A DNA stretch of 31,283 nt from Bacteroidota bacterium (GTDB lineage Bacteria; Bacteroidota; Bacteroidia; Flavobacteriales_D; Crocinitomicaceae), in NCBI GenBank assembly GCA_018825925.1, contig JAHKAT010000211.1:1-31283 (forward strand), read 5' to 3'. The notes below the pieces were generated by a model. The model searched no databases. It was not told the DNA's origin and saw only the letters and a program-made list of their open reading frames with translations. Positions 24,743 through 31,283 of this stretch are shown here, one piece after another. Each line of letters starts with the position of its first letter. Position 1 is the first letter of the stretch. Position numbers and translations under genes: made by a program.

Positions 24743-26479
24743 TTATATAGTAAACGCTCCCGTTTTCTTTCTTTTCACCCCATCCGGACCAACTACCTCT
24801 GTAAAGAAAGTAATCACTGAACCAGGTTTTGCTTGTTTTAATAAAGACGACGCTGGTCCATTTAAAACATCTCCAGAACCTTTCGGAGGAGCACCAGGAT
24901 TACCTGGAATAATCAACTCCCAAGAAACAATTCTAAATGTTGCATTCAAAGGAATTTCAGGTGGATATTTCGAGAACAATCTTGTTTCAGCTCGCGAAGC
25001 TTTTTCACCTGCTTGAGCTGCACCAAAGTACAGTTCAGGATTTGGTAAATTTGAAACTCTAAATTCAAATGAACCCAAAGAAACAGTTTTATTCGTTATT
25101 GAAGATTTACCCGAAACATTGATTTTTGCCACTTTTACTTTATCAGGCGAAGCGATCCATCCAGTGCCAGATTTTGACAAAGAACCACCATTCATAGTTA
25201 AAACGGTTTGGTCGTAACCTGAAGCAACTGCATCTACTTTATTCGGATAACCTCTGTACAATACATTCAACTCAGGTAAAGAAACCGTACCCATTGGTTT
25301 CATAATCTTGATGTTTTTCTCCCAAGGTAAAGTTTTCGGAATACCCGATTTGTTTCGTATAGTTATTGTCCCTTTCAAATTCATTTCTGTTGCTCCTGAC
25401 GCCTTTGTTTTCACAAAACCTTTTCCGTCTCTAACTTCTGTAACGTTAGCTCCGTTTAAAGTTACACTCGGTTGTTTATCTGAATCATACGCAGCCATTA
25501 AAACCTGTACTTCAATTTCATCACCTGAGTTTGCTAATTCCGGACCGTAAGCCAAAGCCATGATCTTATTAAATGAATACTCTCCACCAGAAATACGACT
25601 ACGAATCAAAGCTACAGCATCTGCTCGGGCTGTCAATATTTCTTTTTGTAATGAAGATAAAGATGCAATTGCAGCAACGACTGGAGAGTGGTCAAAAGTT
25701 TTACCAATCCAGTGAACATTTTTCACTTCATGTACTTCTGATCTTTCTTCTTTCGTTAAAGAACCATAGATTTTTTTAATGGCCTCTTTATCATCTTGGT
25801 TAACGTTGGATGCAGCGATTGCTTTATCTACTTGTTTATTCAAATCTGCTTGATCTTTAAATGCCGTTACATTTGGGGCTTTAAAATAAAAACTTGGTTG
25901 ACCTTCACCTCCAGGATACTTCGCAATCAACTCTACCAAATCATTTCTGTATTTGTTAAAGTTATTCCAAAGCAATAAACCTTTTCCTTTTGGATTGGTT
26001 GTTTCCTCTCCAATTAAAATTTGCATTGGTTCATCGTACTTATCCATACTTTGAACATGTGACAAATTCATTCTAATTGGTTTTAGTGGACGAGTTGGAT
26101 CATATTTTTTAGTGATTATCGCCTCCTCTCCTGTCAACGTTAAATCTTCACCACAAACAGTTAAGATTTCCAATTTCAAGTCATCTATTTCTTTGATTCT
26201 CGCCGCGGTAATTTTATCTATTTCCTCAACTATTTTCACCAAAGTTTTTGCCTTTTTCGCACGCTCAGGCACCGAATTATCTACCGCTACTTCTTTCAAT
26301 TCAGACTCTTTCTCATTTCCACGGAAAAATTCTGTTTCGTTCGCTTTTTGGATATTTTCTTCAATTGCTACGAATGCATCCAATATGGATTTTGATACGT
26401 TCAAGGCTAACAATGCGGTGAGTACCAAGTACATCATCCCGACCATCTTCTGCCTCGGCGTTTCTTTACCTCCTGCCAT
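24743..26479 (-). CDS. gldM: T9SS/gliding motor subunit GldM (PorM), operonic copy
   Basis: MAGGKETPRQKMVGMMYLVLTALLALNVS single TM helix; NVLYRGYPN and LPNP motifs; between gldL and gldN. Confidence 0.95.
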   Translation of the reverse strand: MAGGKETPRQKMVGMMYLVLTALLALNVSKSILDAFVAIEENIQKANETEFFRGNEKESELKEVAVDNSVPERAKKAKTLVKIVEEIDKITAARIKEIDDLKLEILTVCGEDLTLTGEEAIITKKYDPTRPLKPIRMNLSHVQSMDKYDEPMQILIGEETTNPKGKGLLLWNNFNKYRNDLVELIAKYPGGEGQPSFYFKAPNVTAFKDQADLNKQVDKAIAASNVNQDDKEAIKKIYGSLTKEERSEVHEVKNVHWIGKTFDHSPVVAAIASLSSLQKEILTARADAVALIRSRISGGEYSFNKIMALAYGPELANSGDEIEVQVLMAAYDSDKQPSVTLNGANVTEVRDGKGFVKTKASGATEMNLKGTITIRNKSGIPKTLPWEKNIKIMKPMGTVSLPELNVLYRGYPNKVDAVASGYDQTVLTMNGGSLSKSGTGWIASPDKVKVAKINVSGKSSITNKTVSLGSFEFRVSNLPNPELYFGAAQAGEKASRAETRLFSKYPPEIPLNATFRIVSWELIIPGNPGAPPKGSGDVLNGPASSLLKQAKPGSVITFFTEVVGPDGVKRKKTGAFTI

Positions 26480-26520
26480 TTCTTTCTACTTTAAAGTTTA
26501 GTTATGTTTCTTTTACAGTA

Positions 26521-27342
26521 TTAAGCTTTGGTAATTGTCATCGCCTTCAACATATTGCCGTAAACTGTATTCAAGTCTGAAAGATTTTTAGACAAGGTAG
26601 CCATGTTTTCTTTATATAAACGAGTGTCTTCAGCCGACGCAGATAAATCTGACATCAATTTAGTAACTTGACCTTGGAATTTCTCTGTTGCCTCTAAATG
26701 AGCTGATGAGCCTTTCAATTGCAATTCGTAAACGTTATTTAACGCTGACAAATTCTTAGAAACTTTTTGCATTTGTTCTCCAAATGACTCACCTTCTTTT
26801 TGAGAAGAAGTGATTCCAGCAATTGTTGAAGAAGCTCTTTCGTAAGATTCAGACAAAGAAGTAACTTTTTCAGAAGCCGCTTGCAAACTAGATACGTAAG
26901 AATCTGTTGCTGCTGCTGCTGTGGTAACACCTTTTAATTGCGCTGCATTTTCACCCAACGCTCTCATTCCATCGCCTAATCTCTCAATTAAGTGGCTATC
27001 AATTTTTGCTTCTTCAAGCATTTTATCTAATTCACCAGAAATACCAGTTCCACCACCTTTCATTTTGTTACGAGCATTTTCTGCTAAAGCTTCGTGGTCT
27101 AATTCTTCTGAGTGTCCTAAAGCCAACTCTGGATAAACTAATTCCCAGTTTGGATCTTCATGAATAGGCTCAAAGGCTGAAAAGATAAAGATTAATGCCT
27201 CAGTGGATAAACCAACAACCAACATCGCTCCTGCAAATGGCCAGTGCATAATCTTAAACATTGCACCAATGATTACGACAGCTGCACCAAAACCGTACAG
27301 TTTCGCCATAAACAATTTCCATCCTTTACTTCCTGGTTTCAT
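26521..27342 (-). CDS. gldL: T9SS/gliding motor subunit GldL (PorL)
   Basis: YGFGAAVVIIGAMFKIMH, TEALIF.FSAFEP, NWELVYPEL, LN.VYGNML.AM; Y16/K30/E48 conserved. Confidence 0.95.
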   Translation of the reverse strand: MKPGSKGWKLFMAKLYGFGAAVVIIGAMFKIMHWPFAGAMLVVGLSTEALIFIFSAFEPIHEDPNWELVYPELALGHSEELDHEALAENARNKMKGGGTGISGELDKMLEEAKIDSHLIERLGDGMRALGENAAQLKGVTTAAAATDSYVSSLQAASEKVTSLSESYERASSTIAGITSSQKEGESFGEQMQKVSKNLSALNNVYELQLKGSSAHLEATEKFQGQVTKLMSDLSASAEDTRLYKENMATLSKNLSDLNTVYGNMLKAMTITKA

Positions 27343-27383
27343 AATTTCAATTTTTTTTGGGTTTTTAAATTTTTAGTTGTGTC

Positions 27384-28928
27384 TTATCTTAATTGAATGT
27401 CGCTTTGAATTTCCTCATTTCCTTCTTGAGAGAAATCTTTTCCTCCTCGACCTAGGTGAGTCATTACATTTCGATAACCAATAAAAGATTTTGCTGTATC
27501 CTGATACTCATACGATCTAGTACCATTATTCAAATAATATCCTATATCTTTCCAAGAACCTCCTCTTAAAACTTTACGCTTCATTGAAGGTGGATCCCAG
27601 TCCATTGCATCATATCTGTGCTCTGAATTCAAATCATTCGAAAACTCATACATTGATTCATCATATGCAGTTTCACACCACTCTGCAACATTTCCTGCCA
27701 TACAGTACAAACCAAATGCATTCGGGTTGTACGAGAATACTTTAACTGTTTGGAAACCTCCATCCTCAAAATATCTACCACGCATTGGCTTAAAGTTACC
27801 CAAGAAACAACCTGCTTCATTTCTAATATATGGTCCACCCCATGGATAAGGCTGTAAAGCCAAATCACCACGTGAACCTCTTTCCCATTCTGACTCAGAT
27901 GGCAAACGGAAATCGTTCACAAAGATTTCACCCATACTAATCAAAAAGTTGTTCAACAATTGTGTTCTCCAAATTGAGAAAGCACGCGTTTGTTGCCAAG
28001 TCACACCAACAATAGGATAATTATCATAGGCTGGATGCCAGAAATACATGTTGGTCATCGGGTCATTAAAACTGTATGTGAAGTCACGCACCCAGCAAAG
28101 AGTATCTGGATATACATTGATCACTTCATCAATCACAAATCTTGAACGATCTTCATGACCACGAATAGCATTATTTTGTCCCTTCTCATTGAAGAATCCC
28201 ATATCCTTATCCAATCCTTGAGGATTGTTATTGAAAGGATTTGGTGGAGTCTCCAAATTACGGTGTTCTTCCACAAGTTTATTTCCTTGACTGTCAAAAC
28301 CATCAGGAATGATATTGATTCTACCTCTTTTAGCAGCCTCACGGTAATCAATCCAATAGTATTTGTACATCAATTTACGCACATCTATTTCTCTTCTTTT
28401 AAAGAAACGCTCTGGTGAAGGATAATACATATCCGCCAACAATGGAACTAATTCTTTATCGTTGTAATCGAAACTACGATCCCAATTCAAATTGAAAATA
28501 GTTCTGTTAAGCTCTCTATCCGAAGGATCGAATTCAACATACTCTAAACCGCCTTCATCAAAATACTCATCCTCGTAGTTGATGTAACGACTCGCGTCAT
28601 CATCATCCTCTAGATTATAGTAAATTTTGTCTCTTGCGATAGAATCACGCACCCATTCCACAAACTGACGATACTCGTTGTTTGAAATTTCGGTTTGATC
28701 CATGTAGAATGCCGCAACAGAAACTGTCTTTGCACGCGATTGATGCAAGAATGGAACGTCTTGATCGTTCTCACCCATCGTGTAACTGCCCCCAGGGACA
28801 TACACCATACCAAGTGGGATTTCAGGAATATAGAGTGGCCTGTTCAAAACGCCTGTTAGGTCACCTGATCTGGTGCTACAAGCGCCAATAATCGAACCAA
28901 TCACTCCAATAATAAATAGTCTTTTCAT
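27384..28928 (-). CDS. gldK: T9SS/gliding lipoprotein GldK (PorK), FGE-sulfatase-like fold
   Basis: Lipobox IGAC; FYMDQTEISNNEYRQF, NVYPDTLCW, FRLPSESEWE, LYCMAGNVAEW, RGGSWKD. Confidence 0.95.
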   Translation of the reverse strand: MKRLFIIGVIGSIIGACSTRSGDLTGVLNRPLYIPEIPLGMVYVPGGSYTMGENDQDVPFLHQSRAKTVSVAAFYMDQTEISNNEYRQFVEWVRDSIARDKIYYNLEDDDDASRYINYEDEYFDEGGLEYVEFDPSDRELNRTIFNLNWDRSFDYNDKELVPLLADMYYPSPERFFKRREIDVRKLMYKYYWIDYREAAKRGRINIIPDGFDSQGNKLVEEHRNLETPPNPFNNNPQGLDKDMGFFNEKGQNNAIRGHEDRSRFVIDEVINVYPDTLCWVRDFTYSFNDPMTNMYFWHPAYDNYPIVGVTWQQTRAFSIWRTQLLNNFLISMGEIFVNDFRLPSESEWERGSRGDLALQPYPWGGPYIRNEAGCFLGNFKPMRGRYFEDGGFQTVKVFSYNPNAFGLYCMAGNVAEWCETAYDESMYEFSNDLNSEHRYDAMDWDPPSMKRKVLRGGSWKDIGYYLNNGTRSYEYQDTAKSFIGYRNVMTHLGRGGKDFSQEGNEEIQSDIQLR

Positions 28929-28940
28929 GCTACCTCTTTA

Positions 28941-28991
28941 ATTAACATTTTCCAGTCACCAATGAACATTCTACAGGTTTCATTTAACATT
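28941..28991. repeat. Three 9-bp direct repeats at 21-bp period upstream of gldK
   Basis: ATTAACATT (28941), ATGAACATT (28962), TTTAACATT (28983). Confidence 0.7.
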
Positions 28992-29045
28992 GGTATAACG
29001 GAATGTTTTACAAAATAGTTACAAAGATTAGAAAAAAAAATCAAA

Positions 29046-29996
29046 TTACAACCATCTAGGATGTTTTGAAGGTGTTTTCTTTAATGGTGGAAGATAATAA
29101 CAATACTTCAATAGTATTTCATGGCTTCCACGTGATACGGTACTTAATTTATTTACTGTTAAGTCATACGAATATCCGACCGTAAAATTGTTTTTAGAAC
29201 CGCCTATCATGATCGCTATCGCGTCATTGGTTCTATAGGTCAACCCACCATATGCATCTAATGGACCGATTGGTAAAATATATCTTGCGTTAAAATCCAT
29301 AGAAGATTTAACGGCATCTGTTCTAAATAAAAAATTACCATTAATTACACCAGGCCCTAATGGATCTGTTGTATAGCCTCCCATTATGTAATAATGTCTT
29401 GCGCTGTTATAGGTTTGTTCAAATTTTGCAGTACCTAAATCAACCGTTTGAGAAAGTCGTGGTGCATTAGCATGAGTTGTTGAGATTCCAACATAATAAT
29501 TCTCAAGGCCCTTAAAATACACACCGAAATTAACGTCAAGACTGTTTGCTTTAAAACCAACAGGTAGTGACGGATCAAAATCGTTGGTCGGTGGAATCCA
29601 ATCTGGATTAATACCAAAATTAAAGAGACCTGCTCCTAATCCTACTTGTAAAGTACCATAGTCGGTATATACAGGGTACGCATAATTTAATAATACGTTG
29701 TTTTGCTTTGCAAAGCCAATGCGGTCATGAAAAAACGACAAACCAACACCTCCTGGAAAATAGCGATTTATATTTGCCTCAACATTAAATACCATGGAAA
29801 CAGGAGCACCTGTTACTTTATCCCATTGATTTCTATAAATGGAAGTTCCACAAATACCTTCGTCTATACCAGTTTCACCTGGGTTAAGACTCATTTTATC
29901 ATAAATAAAATGGGTGATAATTTTGTCTTGCTGAGCATTAAAACCTAAGGAGATCAAGGTCGTAGCCAGTAGGAACGCATAACGAAGTTGTACCAT
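29046..29996 (-). CDS. porP: T9SS outer-membrane PorP/SprF-family beta-barrel
   Basis: Signal peptide; QD...THF.Y...SLNPG.TG, YRNQW, GYSYD, GSHEI motifs; directly upstream of gldK. Confidence 0.85.
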   Translation of the reverse strand: MVQLRYAFLLATTLISLGFNAQQDKIITHFIYDKMSLNPGETGIDEGICGTSIYRNQWDKVTGAPVSMVFNVEANINRYFPGGVGLSFFHDRIGFAKQNNVLLNYAYPVYTDYGTLQVGLGAGLFNFGINPDWIPPTNDFDPSLPVGFKANSLDVNFGVYFKGLENYYVGISTTHANAPRLSQTVDLGTAKFEQTYNSARHYYIMGGYTTDPLGPGVINGNFLFRTDAVKSSMDFNARYILPIGPLDAYGGLTYRTNDAIAIMIGGSKNNFTVGYSYDLTVNKLSTVSRGSHEILLKYCYYLPPLKKTPSKHPRWL

Positions 29997-30135
29997 ATAT
30001 TGTTTAATATTCTAGTCTTTCAATAACCTAATCTAAGGTGGTCTATAACTTTTGAGCCACTAAAATAAGGAAAGTTGCTTAAAAAAATAAAAAAGTCGTT
30101 AATTATTCTACTTTATTTTAAAGCCTTTTTTTTAA

Positions 30136-31278
30136 TTATTCTAGTTTTTGATAAGTTTTCCACCATAAATCGGGAATTTCATTTTTCATTGAACGCTGAT
30201 AATCTTCAAAATCGCAAGGTACCAAATGATGCCTTAGATACCGTTGTCCATTTTGGGACGGATATGGCACCTCCATCCACCAACGCTCACTTTTATTGCT
30301 TTTGTAAAACACAATTTCATCCTCTACCCCTTCATCCATATGCACTGCAAATCGAATATACTCCTTTTTAGAACCGATAGGAAAGTCTCCCTTTCGCTGT
30401 GTATACCCTTCAATAAAGTACCAGATCATTTGAGCTACCAATTCATGTGCTGTATCTGAATCTTGGTCGGGCTCTAAATTAAAAATGCCCAGCGACATTA
30501 ATTTATCACTGATCCCTGCATATCTCGTTATTTGACAAATTTGATCTGCATAAAAACCATTTGGATTTTGTCCTTTTTGACCTGGAAAATCTGAATTTCG
30601 TATGCTTTTCACATCAACACTCAAGATATCTGAATTTCGCAAATGTGGCTCTGCTCGTTTAAAATCAGTGTTGAATTCTCCCAAACGGCAATAATCGAAA
30701 TATAATTTATCGAACAATTCCATTTCATGCTTGCCATTCATTGGTGCCTGACAGCCAATATTAGCGAAATTAAAGAGGTAACATGGTCGCTGAACCAATA
30801 GGTGACTTACATAATTTTGAGCGGTAAAGGGCTCGTCTGGTCTTCCTATATCTAATTTGCTATCTACTGAGCAAATGTTAATTAATTGCTCCAACTGCTC
30901 AAACCCCTGGTAAACACCGTATGTAAGGTCTTGTGAACCGCCTATAACTACTGGGATAATTTCATTTTTCACTAACTCTTTGCAAACAGTTGCAATAGCG
31001 AAATAAGTATCTTCTATATTTAGACCTGGTTCAATGGTTCCTAAATCATAAATATTTGTTTTCCAAAGATCTCCTGGAAACAATTTATAAAAAGCATGCC
31101 TGAATCGGTCGTCAGAATTATTGGCAATTGTTTTGCCAGAATTTCTAAATTCCGGAACGTAAATTAATGCTACTCCTCCTTTTGAAAACTCTGGAAACGA
31201 TCCTGTCGTATGAATTTTCAAGAAATCACCCAAGGTACCTTCATTCGAAGCTACAGTTTCAACGGGAGCAAAATACAT
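30136..31278 (-). CDS. Arginase/formimidoylglutamase-fold protein with C-terminal extension; start may lie beyond the window edge
   Basis: YDLGTI, VIGGSQD, SVDSKLD, SVDVK, PNGF, QITRYAG, AQMIWYFIEG; frame stays open upstream of ATG 31278 (..E-M-Y-F). Confidence 0.75.
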   Translation of the reverse strand: MYFAPVETVASNEGTLGDFLKIHTTGSFPEFSKGGVALIYVPEFRNSGKTIANNSDDRFRHAFYKLFPGDLWKTNIYDLGTIEPGLNIEDTYFAIATVCKELVKNEIIPVVIGGSQDLTYGVYQGFEQLEQLINICSVDSKLDIGRPDEPFTAQNYVSHLLVQRPCYLFNFANIGCQAPMNGKHEMELFDKLYFDYCRLGEFNTDFKRAEPHLRNSDILSVDVKSIRNSDFPGQKGQNPNGFYADQICQITRYAGISDKLMSLGIFNLEPDQDSDTAHELVAQMIWYFIEGYTQRKGDFPIGSKKEYIRFAVHMDEGVEDEIVFYKSNKSERWWMEVPYPSQNGQRYLRHHLVPCDFEDYQRSMKNEIPDLWWKTYQKLE

Positions 31279-31283
31279 TTCCA

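Noticed and set aside
2060-30459. Short ORF-track ORFs antisense to or overlapping real genes (e.g. 2060-2341, 3206-3496, 6382-6579, 7982-8212, 10432-10641, 18636-18860, 18664-18864, 20752-21120, 24705-25016, 26112-26501, 30075-30371)
   Set aside because: Shadow frames of well-supported genes; no recognisable motifs or initiation signals.
1-31283. Mobile elements, CRISPR arrays, prophage or defence genes
   Set aside because: No transposase, integrase, regularly spaced repeat-spacer array or obvious composition shift was seen in coding regions.

Overview
AT-rich, gene-dense chromosomal segment of a gliding Bacteroidota bacterium. It is probably Flavobacteriales, possibly Crocinitomicaceae/Cryomorphaceae-like; this is inferred from gene content, TAnnTTTG promoters and the general lack of Shine-Dalgarno (SD) sites. 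The window carries housekeeping genes (HU, mutY, ssb, folK, clpP, clpX, trmB, nadE, fdx, an ABC-F ATPase). It also holds ten T9SS/gliding genes: gldE-gldD, gldB-gldC, porP-gldK-gldL-gldM-gldN and a second full-length gldM. No mobile element, CRISPR array, rRNA or intact tRNA is visible. Best non-obvious signals: (1) a complete 1:2/2:3/3:4 transcription attenuator with a Tyr-Tyr-Tyr leader peptide in front of phenylalanine hydroxylase (phhAB), implying Tyr-starvation-induced Phe-to-Tyr conversion; (2) an old, purifying-selected gldM duplication; (3) a 540-bp intergenic region with an orphan consensus promoter and weak terminator, defining a candidate ~80-nt RNA antisense to an SD-led 39-aa sORF; (4) three 9-bp repeats at exact 21-bp period before gldK; (5) an arginase-fold protein missing half of its metal ligands upstream of the T9SS core genes. 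All calls were made by eye; no database search or folding program was run.
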